A stretch of DNA of 64,000 nucleotides from NCBI GenBank assembly GCA_052327205.1, contig CM126233.1, forward strand, positions 38,564,001-38,628,000, given 5' to 3'. The first letter of the stretch is position 1. Each line of letters begins with the position of its first letter. The notes beneath the pieces are model-generated. The model made no database searches. It was not told the origin of the DNA and worked only from the letters and a program-made list of their open reading frames with translations. Both the position numbers and the translations under genes were made by a program. The DNA comes from Somniosus microcephalus. Its lineage: Eukaryota. This document shows, piece by piece, positions 21,301 through 33,768 of the stretch.

Positions 21301-24300
21301 CCAGACACTGACCAACCCGGGGCCAGACACTGACCAACATGGGCCAGACACTGTCCAACCCGGGCCAGACACTGACCAACCCGGGGCCAGACACTGACCA
21401 ACATGGGCCAGACACTGTCCAACCCGGGCCAGACACTGACCAACCCGGGGCCAGACACTGACCAACCCGGGCCGGACACTGACCAACCCAGGGCCACTGA
21501 CCAACCCAGGGCCACTGACTAACCCGGGGCCAGTCTCTGACCAACCAAGGGCCACTGACCAACCCAGGGCCAGACACTGACCAACCCGGGACCACTGACC
21601 AACCCAGGGCCACTGACTAACCCGGGGCCAGACTCTGACCAACCCGGGGCCACTGACCAACCCAGGGCCGGACACTGACCAATCTGGGCCAGACACTGAC
21701 CAACCCGGGGACACTGACCAACCCGAGGCCACTGACCAACCCGGGCCGGGCACTGACCAACCCGGGGCCAGACACTGACCAACCCGGGGCCACTGACCAA
21801 CCCGGGCCAGACACTGACCAACCCAGGGCCACTGACTAACCCGGGGCCAGACTCTGACCAACCCGGGGCCACTGACCAACCCAGGGCCGGACACTGACCA
21901 ATCCGGGCCAGACACTGACCAACCCGGGGCCACTGACCAACTCAGGGCCACTGACCAACCCAGGGCCAGACACTGACCAACCCGGGGCCAGACACTGACC
22001 AACCCGGGGCCAGACACTGACCAACCCGGGGCCAGACACTGACCAACACGGGCCAGACACTGACCAACATGGGCCAGACGCTGACCAACCCAGGCCAGAC
22101 ACTGACCAACCCGGGGCCAGACACTGACCAACCCAGGGCCAGACACTGACCAACCCGGGGCCAGACACTGACCAACACGGGCCAGACACTGACCAACATG
22201 GGCCAGACACTGACCAACCCAGGCCAGACACTGACCAACCCGGGGCCAGACACTGACCAACCCGGGCCGGACATTGACCAACCCGGAGCCAGACACTGAC
22301 CAACCCAGGGCCACTGACCAACCGAGGGCCAATGACTAACCCGGGGCCAGACTCTGACTAACCCGGGGCCACTGACCAACCCAGGGCCGGACACTGACCA
22401 ATCCGGGCCAGACACTGACCAACCCGGGGACACTGACCAACCCGAGGCCACTGACCAACCCGGGCCGGGCACTGACCAACCCGGGGCCAGACACTGACCA
22501 ACCCGGGGCCACTGACCAACCCGGGCCAGACACTGACCAACCCAGGGCCACTGACTAACCCGGGGCCAGAATCTGACCAACACGGGGCCACTGACCAACC
22601 CAGGGCCGGACACTGACCAACCCGGGCCGGACACTGACCAACCCGGGGCCAGACACTGACCAACCCGGGGCCATTGACTAACCCAGGGCCACTGACTAAC
22701 CCGGGGCCAGACTCTGACCAACCCAGTGCCGGACACTGACCAATCCGGGCCAGACACTGACCAACCCGGGGACACTGACCAACCCGAGGCCACTGACCAA
22801 CCCGGGCCGGGCACTGACCAACCCGGGGCCAGACACTAACCAACCCGGGGCCAGACACTGACCAACCCGGGGCCACTGACCAACCCAGGGCCACTGACTA
22901 ACCCGGGGCCACTGACCAACCCAGGGCCGGACACTGACCAATCCGGGCCAGATACTGACCAACCCGGGGCCATTGACCAACTCAGGGCCACTGACCAACC
23001 CGGGGCCAGACACTGACCAACCCGGGGCCAGACACTGACCAACCCGGGGCCAGACACTGACCAACCCGGGGCCAGATACTGACCAACCCGGGGCCAGACA
23101 CTGACCAACACGGGCCAGACACTGACCAACCCAGGGCCGGACACTGACCAATCCGGGCCAGACACTGACCAACCCGGGGACACTGACCAACCCGAGGCCA
23201 CTGACCAACCCGGGCCGGGCACTGACCAACCCGGGCCGGGCACTGACCAACCCAGGGCCAGACACTGACCAACCCGGGGCCAGACACTGACCAACCCGGG
23301 GCCACTGACCAACCCAGGGCCACTGACTAACCCAGGGCCAGACTCTGACCAACCCGGGGCCACTGACCAACCCAGGGCTGAACACTGACCAACCCGGGGC
23401 CACTGACCAACCCGGGGCCAGACACTGACCAACCCGGGGCCAGACACTGACCAACCCGGGGCCAGACACTGACCAACCCGGGGCCAGATACTGACCAACC
23501 CGGGGCCAGACACTGACCAACCCAGGGCCGGACACTGACCAATCCGGGCCAGACACTGACCAACCCGGGGACACTGACCAACCCGAGGCCACTGACTAAC
23601 CCGGGCCGGGCACTGACCAACCCGGGGCCAGACACTGACCAACCCGGGCCAGACACTGACCAACCCAGGGCCACTGACTAACCCGGGGCCAGACTCTGAC
23701 CAACCCGGGGCCACTGACCAACCCGGGCCGGGCACTGACCAACCCAGGGCCACTGACCAAACCGGGCCAGACTCTGACCAACCCGGGGACGGGCACTGAC
23801 CAACCTGGGCCAGACACTGACCAACCCGGGCCGGGCACTGACCAACCCGGGGACGGGCACTGACCAACCCGGGCCGGGCACTGACCAACCCGGGCCGGGC
23901 ACTGACCAACCCGGGGCCAGACTCTGACCAACCCAGGGCCACTGACCAACCCGGGCCAGACTCTGACCAACCTGGGCCAGACACTGACCAACCCGGGGAC
24001 ACTGACCAACCCGAGGCCACTGACCAACCCGGGGCCAGACACTAACCAACCCGGGGCCAGACACTGACCAACCCGGGGCCACTGACTAACCCGGGGCCAC
24101 TGACCAACCCAGGGCCGGACACTGACCAATCCGGGCCAGACACTGACCAACCCGGGGCCATTGACCAACTCAGGGCCACTGACCAACCCGGGGCCAGACA
24201 CTGACCATCCCAGGGCCAGACACTGACCAACCCGGGGCCAGACACTGACCAACCCGGGGCCAGACACTGACCAACCCGGGGCCAGATACTGACCAACCCG

Positions 24301-25452
24301 GGGCCAGACACTGACCAACACGGGCCAGACACTGACCAACCCAGGGCCGGACACTGACCAATCCGGGCCAGACACTGACCAACCCGGGGACACTGACCAA
24401 CCCGAGGCCACTGACCAACCCGGGCCGGGCACTGACCAACCCAGGGCCAGACACTGACCAACCCGGGGCCAGACACTGACCAACCCGGGGCCACTGACCA
24501 ACCCAGGGCCACTGACTAACCCAGGGCCAGACTCTGACCAACCCGGGGCCACTGACCAACCCAGGGCTGAACACTGACCAACCCGGGGCCACTGACCAAC
24601 CCGGGGCCAGACACTGACCAACCCGGGGCCAGACACTGACCAATCCGGGCCAGACACTGACCAACCCGGGGACACTGACCAACCCGAGGCCACTGACTAA
24701 CCCAGGGCCACTGACTAACCCAGGGCCAGACACTGACCAACCCGGGGCCACTGACCAACCCAGGGCCACTGACTAACCCAGGGCCAGACTCTGACCAACC
24801 CGGGGCCACTGACCAACCCAGGGCTGAACACTGACCAACCCGGGGCCACTGACCAACCCGGGGCCAGACACTGACCAACCCGGGGCCAGACACTGACCAA
24901 TCCGGGCCAGACACTGACCAACCCGGGGACACTGACCAACCCGAGGCCACTGACCAACCCAGGGCCGGACACTGACCAATCCGGGCCAGACACTGACCAA
25001 CCCGGGGACACTGACCAACCCGAGGCCACTGACTAACCCGGGCCGGGCACTGACCAACCCGGGGCCAGACACTGACCAACCCGGGGCCACTGACCAACCC
25101 GGGCCAGACACTGACCAACCCAGGGCCACTGACTAACCTGGGGCCAGACTCTGACCAACCCGGGGCCACTGACCAACCCGGGCCGGGCACTGACCAACCC
25201 AGGGCCACTGACCAAACCGGGCCAGACTCTGACCAACCTGGGGACGGGCACTGACCAACCTGGGCCAGACACTGACCAACCCGGGCCGGGCACTGACCAA
25301 CCCGGGGACGGGCACTGACCAACCCGGGCCGGGCACTGACCAACCCGGGGCCAGACTCTGACCAACCCAGGGCCACTGACCAACCCGGGCCAGACTCTGA
25401 CCAACCTGGGCCAGACACTGACCAACCCGGGCCGGGTACTGACCAACCCGGG
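18335..25452. repeat. 18-22-bp GC-rich satellite, about 7.1 kb, directly upstream of SNX22
   Basis: Core ACTGACCAACCCGGGGCC with AGAC, AGGC, GGGC or no spacer; over 300 units estimated from length. Confidence 0.97.
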
Positions 25453-26119
25453 CCGGCCAGCACCAGGAGTCTGGCCACAGTCTGGGGCCAGTCTTGTTTT
25501 GGAACTAATCGCCCCCAGTGTCAACCTCCAGGTGTGAAAGTTCAGCCTCTGCTGATTATAAACTTCAAACACTGTCCCAATAACACCGAGTTCATTAAAA
25601 CATTGAACCGTGAGAGAACAGGAGCTGGTGCCGGGGTCCCTCCAGCTCTGCACCCACAGGCAGAATCACAGAACATTGGAAGGTTCGGGAAATCCAGTGA
25701 AAGGAAGTTAAACTAAACATGAGGTGTGGAAACTGCCCCAGAAACAGAGACTCAGCAACAGTCTGCAAACTGTCCGCTTCCATTAATATTATCAGTTGTT
25801 TGTAGGGTGGATGGTGTGAAAAAGAGAGGTAGTGACAGAGAGACAGAGTGCGGAAGGAGAGAGAGAGAGAGACAGAGAGTGCGGAAGGAGGGAGGGAGAG
25901 ACAGTGAGAGACAGAATAGCTGTCACTGGAAACCAGTTTATAAACATCATTCTGGACAATTTTTAAAAGATCAAAGTGCGGACAGTTTGAAGGAGCTCAC
26001 GGGGTTGAGTAGTGACCAATTTTCATTGACCAGCAATTGTGGATTGGTGGAAATGTTCAGATAGCGAGAGGGTGGTTGCAGAATGGATGTTAACATTCGA
26101 GATTAGATTGGAAGTGATT

Positions 26120-26240
26120 GACACTGTATGGATAGATCTGTATTTTTGTGAACAAACATGAATGTTTTCCGATGCTTTGGCAACATAAGATGTAACTTGT
26201 CATGCCAATAAAGCGATTTGAATTGAATTGAATTGATTGA
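26120..26240 (+). mobile_element. Non-LTR retrotransposon 3' tail (RTE-X-like, family uncertain)
   Basis: gctttggcaac...catgccaataaagc followed by a (TGAAT)n tail. Confidence 0.45.
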
Positions 26241-26550
26241 AGGAAAAGGCGTTCAATGGACACGGGAAGAAGGCGGGTAAATGTGATTAGAACTGTTTGC
26301 TCACGTGGAGAGTAAACAATGATTGTTTGTGTTGTAACCCCGGTGTATGTGTGTGAAAGTAAATAACAAGGGACGTTGAAAGGTGATCTACAGAAGCAAC
26401 TGTTGGAGATCCCTGTCAGCACACACCTGCTCAGTGAGCTAGGAACACCCCAAACTGACTTTAAGAAATGATAAAACTCCCAGTGTGGTTCTCAGCCCCA
26501 GGGATCAGTTGCTCAATCTGTGCCGAGCGAGCTCAAGGCAGCTGATAACC

Positions 26551-27163
26551 ATAATAATAATCAACTTTATTGTCATTGTTAGTGCAGTACAACGAAATGT
26601 AGGCTTGCGGCTCCCGAGAGTGTACATTTAGATTAAGACATTTAAACATTCAACATTCATTTGGCTTGTAATACATTAACATAAACATAACCATAATGAA
26701 GTGCATTGGCAGATGTGCAGGCTTTAGAGTTTATTTGTGGAGTTCAGTAGGATGACAGCCCTGGGAAAGAAGCTGTTCCTAAATCTGGTCGTTCAGGTGC
26801 GAATGCATCTGTAGCATCTCCCAGATGGCAGGAGGGCGAACAGACTGTGGCTGGGGTGGGTAGGGTCTTTGATGATGGTCCGTGACCTCCGTAAACAGCG
26901 TTTCTGGTATATGTGCTCTATGGTCGGTAGCCGGGTGCTGGTAATGCGTTGGGCAGTTTTGACTACCCGCTGCAGGGCTTTCCGGTCATAGTAGCTACAG
27001 CTGCCATACCATACTGTGATACAGTTTGTCAGGATGCTCTCTATTGTGCAGCGGTAAAAGTTAGAGAGGATCAGGGGTGACAGGTTACATCCCTTCAGCC
27101 TCCTTAGGAAATATAGGCGCTGCTGGGCCTTCTTCACCAGAGAGGAGGTATTGAGGGACCAGG
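26551..27163 (-). mobile_element. Rex1/Babar-clade LINE 3' fragment
   Basis: KKAQQRLYFLRRL...FYRCTIESILT-CITVWYG...LQRVVKTAQRI...HPSHSLFALLPSGR; AATAAA and (TTA)n tail at about 26551-26572. Confidence 0.85.
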
Positions 27164-29104
27164 AGAGGACAATCACTCTCGCCCAGGGTTCCTGCTCCTG
27201 ATGGTTGTGCAGTGACTCCTGCAGCAAGTGCAGGGACACCCGCTGAGGCTGAGGCCGGCTTGTGGTGCCACCTCTCCACTAGCTTGCCGAGTCTAGGATG
27301 GCGTTTGAAGAATGACCAGAGAGGAGGGACCAGGGACAGACAGTGCCCAAGGAACCAGGATTCAACACAAGTCAGCAACTGTTGGAGGGGAGGAAACTAG
27401 AATGTTTTTGAAAAAGTTGAATGCTCACAAGTTACTGAGTAAATGAGCATTTGATTCCCTGTGATTTAAGTGACTAGGTCATGTGTGGGGTGGAGTTAGT
27501 CATGCTGAATCAGTGGAAATGAAGCACTCGCTCAGTACCAACTCCAGACACTTTCTCTTTGAAGGTAAAACAAACACATTTTCATTTTCTTGTGACTGGA
27601 ATGTACCGCTCCCGGATCACTGGTTGAGAACTGCTGCGAGGAACTGCAGGAGTGGATGGAGATCTGGCAGGCGTTGAGCTAATTTCTGCCCCTCTGAATG
27701 GTAACTGCGCCCCTACCAGGCAGAGGCATCAGTGTCAGACAAGGAGGTGTGTGTAATAGGTGTTGGGTGTTAAAAGGGGACAGACAAGTCTTCAGGAAAA
27801 AGCATTTGGGAAAACCTTTTACTGAAGGAGAACTTTCAGCAGTCAGATGCATGTGCTTCAGTAATGACGTCAACCTGGCTCCCATCAGCGAGCTGGCCAG
27901 GTGCAAACACAAAGTACCGGGTTAGTGTACACAGGACAATGGAGTTACTGTCCACAGGAGAGTGGCTACAGTGCATAACCCCATAGTGTATAGGCTGGAG
28001 GGGGCCTGAACTGTGCACAGGAAGTGTCTGCTCCTCTGACCCATTATTTGCAGAGGGAATAGAACTTCATTCCCTTACCCATGGGGAAGTTGGTGTCTGG
28101 TGATTACACAGATCACTGTTGTGGGTAACCAAACAGTCACATCAGCAAACTCCACTTCCCCTTTCCAATATATCTCTTATTAAATCACTAGCAAATCCAC
28201 TCCTATATGAAACTCAACTTCAACAGTGCTTGGGCTACTGCACCACTCCCCCTCCCCCCAATTCAATATCATGGCTGATCTTCTACCTCATGTCCAGCTT
28301 CACACCCACTATCCCTTAAATTTTTGGAGACCAGCGATCTCAGTCTTGCAGTTACTCATAAACTGAGCATCCACAGCCCTCGGGGTAGAGATAAAGTTAG
28401 GGTTATCCCAGCTCCCACACAAAGCCAAACATCACGCCACTGATTTTATAGTTTTTATTTCTTCCCTCTTACACGAGGTAAAGGGTTGACCAAGTGTGTC
28501 AGATTCATTGGCAGCAGCATCTTTCCCTCGGAATTCACAGATAGCTACTAGCGGACATCAATAGTGACTCGTGTGCCAGGAGGATTGAAGGCTTCCCATT
28601 CAAAGGTTTCTTGAATGCCTCGCCTTTGTGGGAACAGAGACAAAGTCTCCCAATGAGAGGCGGCAGCTGCAGCCCCTTCAACCTTGGCTGCAATAAATGC
28701 TATTTGCATTATGCAAAACTCGGGGAGAGAGAGATGGAAAAACACTGCAGGCAAAATTCACAATAATCAAAAGGGCTTTCAGACCAGCAAATTGTGAAGC
28801 CAGGACACAACACGAATAAAATTCTAATGAGAAACAAAAGCGTGTTGGCAAATCAAACAAACAGATCCGTTGGAACATGCTTTTGATAACTAATTTACAT
28901 TGTCGGGCAAGGAAAGTAGACAGGCCTCAACAGGAACATCCGCCACTGCGCACAAGAACCATTTGGGCTTTCCAAACAGAAATTCTTTGCTCAAGTTTAA
29001 ATCTGTTGAGAGAGCAGGATGGTTAACAATTGAGGGTGTGGTGACTACACGATACATGGATGATCAACATTTACTCTTCCTCCCACGCTTGCAGCCAAAC
29101 CATT

Positions 29105-31090
29105 CATAGAAACATAGAAGATAGAAGCAGGAGTAGGCCATTCGGCCCCTCGAGCCTGCTCCGCCATTCAATGAGGTCATGGCTGATCATCCAAATTCAG
29201 TACCCGGTCCCTGCCTTCTCCCCATATCCCTTGATCCCTTTAGCCTTAAGAAATATATCCAACTCTTTCTTGAATATATTTAATGAACTGGCCTCCACCG
29301 CCCTCTGTGGCAGAGAATTCCACAGGTTCACCACTCTCTGGGTGAAGAAATTCCTCCTCATTTCAGTCCTAAATGTCCTACCCCTTATCCTTAGACTATG
29401 ACCCCTGGTTCTGGACTCCCCGACCATCGGGAATATCCTTCCAGCATCTAGTCTGTCCAGTCCTGACAGAATTTTATAGGTTTCGATGAGATCCCCTCTC
29501 AATCTTCTAAACTCCAGTGAGTATAAGCCCAATCGACACAATCTCTCCTCATATGTCATTCCTGCCATCCCAGGTATCAACCTGGTGAATCTTCGCTGCA
29601 CTCCTTCCATGGCAAGAACGTCCTTCCTCAGATAAGGCGACCAAAACTGCACACAATACTCAAGGTGCGGTCTCACCAAGGCCCTGTACAACTGTAGCAA
29701 GACATCCTTGTTCCTGTACTCGAACCCTCTTGCTACGAAGGCCAACATACCATTTGCCTTCTTAACCGCCTGCTGCACCTACATGCTTACCTTCAGCGAC
29801 TGGTGCACAAGAACACCCAGATCTCTTTGCACTTCCCCTTCTCCTAATCTATTGCCATTCAAATAATAATGTGCCTTCCTGTTTTTGCCACCAAAGTGGA
29901 TAACCTCACATTTATCCACATTATAGTGCATTTGCCATGTTTCTGCCCAATCACCTAACCTGTCCAAATCATACTGGAGTTTCATGACATCCTCCTCGCA
30001 GCATACCCTCCCACCCAGCTTTGTGGCGTCTGCGAATTTGGAGATATTACATCCAATTCCCTCGTCCAGATCATTAATATATAGTGAACAGCTGGGGTCC
30101 TAGGACTGATCCTTGCGGTACCCCACTAGTCACTGCCTGCCACTCGGAAAACAACCTGTTTATTCCAACTCTTTGCTTTCTGTCCGCCAACCAGTTCTCT
30201 ATCCAAGTCAATACCTTGCCCCCAATCCCATGTGCCTTAATTTTGCACGCTAATCTCTTATGCGGGACCTTATTGAAAGCCTTCTGAAAGTCCAAATACA
30301 CCACATCCACTGGTTCTCCCTTATCTATTTTACCAGTTACATCCTCAAAAAATTCCAGTAGATTAGTCAAGCATGATTTACCTTTTGTAAATCCATGTTG
30401 ACTTTGTCCGATCCTGTCACTGCTTTCCAAGTGCTCTGCTATTACATCTTTTATAATGGACTCTAGCATTTTCCCCACTACCGATGTAGTATAACTCCCT
30501 GCTTTTTCTCTGCCACCTTTTTTGAATAGTGGGGTAACATTAGCTACCCTCCAATCCATGGGTACTGTTCCAGAGTCTATCGAGTTCTGGAAGATGACCA
30601 GCAATGCATCTACTATTTCTAGAGCCACTTCCTTAAGTACCCTGGGATGTAGATTATCAGGCCCTGGAGATTTATCAGCCTTCAGTCCCATCAATTTTCC
30701 GAACACCATTTCCCTACAAATACTGATTTCTTTCAGTTCCACCCTTTCATCAGACCCTATGTTCTGCGGTATTTCTGGGAGGTTATTTGTGTCCTCCTTT
30801 GTAAAGACAGAACCAAAGTATGTATTTAGTTGGTCTTTGTTCCCCATTATAAATTCCCCCAATTCTGACTGCAAGGGACCTACGCTTGACTTCACCAATC
30901 TTTTTCTCTTCACATATCTATAAAAGCTTTTACAGTCAGTTTTTATGTTCCCTGAAAGCTTACTCTCATATTCTATTTTCCCTTTCTTAATTAATCCCTT
31001 TATCGAACCCTGAACTGCTCCCAATCCTCAGGATTATTGCTTTTTCTGGCCAATTTGTATGTCCTCTCCTTGGCTCTTATGCAATCCCTA
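29105..31090 (-). mobile_element. CR1 (HER1-like) LINE, 5'-truncated
   Basis: RT ORF pieces 30074-31024, 29779-29985 and 29197-29778 with CR1 motifs, plus a catagaaa-type tail. Confidence 0.95.
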
Positions 31091-31229
31091 ATCCATTTTC
31101 CCATTCTTCCTTTATCCATCAAATGGGGGAAAACCCCTTCCATATTTACCCAAACATTCCTCTCCAGTTGGTCAGGGAACTGCCTACAATCCAAAGCATG
31201 CCTTAATATATTTTCTTTATTTATTCTCA

Positions 31230-31490
31230 GGGTGTGCCCATTCCTCAGATGAAGGTGATGGGCCTTCTTGAACCGCTGCAGTCCATGTGGTGAAGGTGCT
31301 CCCACAGTGACCCAGCAACAATGAAGGATGCATGTCCAAGTCAGGATGTTGTGGGATTTGGAGGTGTTCCCCTGAACCTGTTGCCCTCATCCTTCTAGGT
31401 GGTGGAGGCCACAGGTTTGGGAGAAGCTGTCAATATCCTGTAGATAGTACACACTGCAGCCATGGAGTGCTGGTGTGGAGAGATGTGCTG
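31230..31490 (-). mobile_element. Degraded LINE 3' remnant (same family as 55305-55594)
   Basis: Reverse-complement similarity to the 55305-55594 element (e.g. ccttctaggtgg...caggtttgggag). Confidence 0.55.
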
Positions 31491-31864
31491 CAAATCCACA
31501 GCAGAAACACCGACTCCAAACCAGCCAGGTAAAAATAAATCTCGTTAGTTTGCTGAAGGCACAATCATGCTGGTCAGTGGTTCCACAGGTCCAGGTGTGC
31601 TCCTGCCCCAGTGACCATTCTTCATGTACAAGCACACCATTATCTAGTATCAGGAGCAAGAACCCTGGCCGATTTGCCCCTCACTAGTCCAGGGTGATGA
31701 GACCCATTGTAGGATCCCATCTGAGAAAGGGGACTTTCTGCTCTGTATAGTGGCATGTTACACTGGTATGGAGCAACTGGGTAAACGGCCAACTACTTAC
31801 ATCATTACTGTACAGACTCACTGCTTCGACCTCAATAAATAGACAAAGAGAAACTAGAAAGGGT

Positions 31865-33717
31865 CTAGTAAATCATTTATGAACTTTATTGTGAAAGTGG
31901 AGGTCACAAAAGCAGACAAAGAACAGAACTGTTTTTTTCTACTCTGTTCTCAAAACACACAGCAAAAAGGGAAGATCTCAGTTCCTCTGACATTAAACAA
32001 AATTTAAAAAAAAAAGGTTTAGTGCATAATGTGCAAAGATTACTGACTGTGTGCACAAGGACACCGGTCAGTACCTTTATCAAGAATACTAAACTAGCTC
32101 AACCCTATGAGGGCAGGATGTGAACACGGCAACAGGAATGTAAACAGAGCAGGAGATTCTTGCTGCCCTCCCATCGGCTTTTACCCTCAATCAGGAAACC
32201 AGCTTACTTGGCTTTATTAGGTCACCGCTTCAGGGCAGTCAGACGCACACACAACCAAGTGATTGCTATGTTTGGGCGGAGGGGGAGGCAAGAGTTTTGT
32301 TGAGGCATCTTAACGGGATTGGAGTCAAATACACTTAGTGTTTATTATTATATTGCTCCATGCCACTGTAATACATCAATAACATTGGTAACTTAAAGGG
32401 GACAGAAAATAGAAGCCCAATCTCAACCCTTGATTTTTCACCCCCTAAAACACTACGTGGTTGTGTATTTAGATTTCACAATCAGCAAACACAATGACAG
32501 TACTGAACCAATTGGGAAGTGAAACTAATGCCACTCTTACCTACACGGGTAGAGTTAGTGTAGCAGGCTTAAGGCCACAAGATGGAGGTTACAGTTGGCT
32601 CAAGCTACCCGTTCCAGTCATGGCAAAGTTGTTTGTTTGGCATTTATAAAGTCTGATCTCACAAACCCCTGTTAAGAGGGAAAACTAAAAATGGAGCACA
32701 GGGCTGGAAAGCCAACCTCGATAAGCAATACCTGGGTAGTCATCTCCACCATAGACAACCCCATCTGGAAGTTAGCTCATCCACACAGACCAGCTCATTG
32801 ACAGAGCCCTCATGAAGTGGGAGGGACTCTTATCCAACCATGTTCACAATGCTCCTTCTACAATCATTTGTATTTGATGAGAACATGTCCCACAAACTTT
32901 TAGGGAGACACTCTGTCCCCCCCCCCACTCCCAGTACAGCAGCCTGGGTAACTAATGCTAATCACATTCAAAAGAACTAGCACAGAAGGGAATGAAACAG
33001 CATGGATGGGTAGTTTCGGGGGGGGGGGGGGGGGGGGGGGGTGGAAAAAGGGGCATGTGTTCAACATCACTCACGATTTAAGAATTGGCAATTTATCATG
33101 GCTTGGCCAGTCACCAGTACATGCAGCTTGGAAGTCCCAGGCCAACTGGGCAGTTATTGCTTTGAAAGCTCGATTGGGGTTCAAAAACATTGATGTCACG
33201 TTACACAGCTGCGCGGAGTGTCTGGTCCTGACCGCGGTGCGCTCATTACTCAGATCCCAAAAAATGTCTTTGGTCCTCGCGGAGAGCTGTAGTAATCAGG
33301 CAGTCGAAGGAAAGATCGTCTCCTTTTTATTTATTTTTTTTTTTTTTTTTATAAAGAGGAACACGTCAAAATAGCAGTTCTGTGACGATGGCGAGCATGC
33401 AGAAGTTTGTCATCAGGAGAGAGGGGTGGGCGCTGTGGCAAGAGTACAAGTTCAGAGAATGGCCCCCTCCCCCTCCCAAACCCACGAGTACAATGGGCGA
33501 AAAAAAATCTCAAATTCCATCACTAAACATGGCCTTCCCACCGATCAATTCATAAGAAAATATATGAAAACTAAAGATTATACTTTAAGATTTAGCATAG
33601 GAAGAGAAAGAACTGCAACCAGAGGAGTCCCCTTTCAGGAGGTGGTACTGCAGATTCACTTATAGGCTGGAGGTATGGTGTAAGAGGCAGCAAGTGTCCA
33701 CTCAACTCTCAATCCCA
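31865..33717 (-). other. SNX1: Probable SNX1 3'UTR (about 1.85 kb)
   Basis: Repeat-poor sequence after the stop codon, ending at an AATAAA with a U-rich downstream element; the end point is inferred. Confidence 0.55.
31885..31890 (-). terminator. Polyadenylation signal AATAAA (SNX1)
   Basis: TTTATT on +, followed on the - strand by U/GU-rich TTTCTAGTTTCTCTTTGTCT (about 31860-31841). Alternative AATAAA hexamers at about 33326-33335, 32341 and 32213. Confidence 0.55.
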
Positions 33718-33768
33718 TTATGCGATTGCTTTTGCTTCTGGTAGAAAAGCTTCCCAGTATTTTATCAG
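33718..33768 (-). CDS. SNX1: SNX1 exon 15 coding part (51 nt including TAA)
   Basis: ttttgacag acceptor; [16 protein letters not shown]. Confidence 0.95.
   Translation of the reverse strand: MIKYWEAFLPEAKAIA

Noticed and set aside
17719-25653. Long PGWSVSG/PRVGQ ORFs as an N-terminal extension of SNX22
   Set aside because: Repeat artefacts; an in-frame TGA at 18299-18297 closes the SNX22 frame upstream of the ATG
25460-31860. Additional gene between SNX1 and SNX22
   Set aside because: Only retroelement fragments and short non-homologous ORFs; no exon chain recognised, though non-coding exons cannot be excluded
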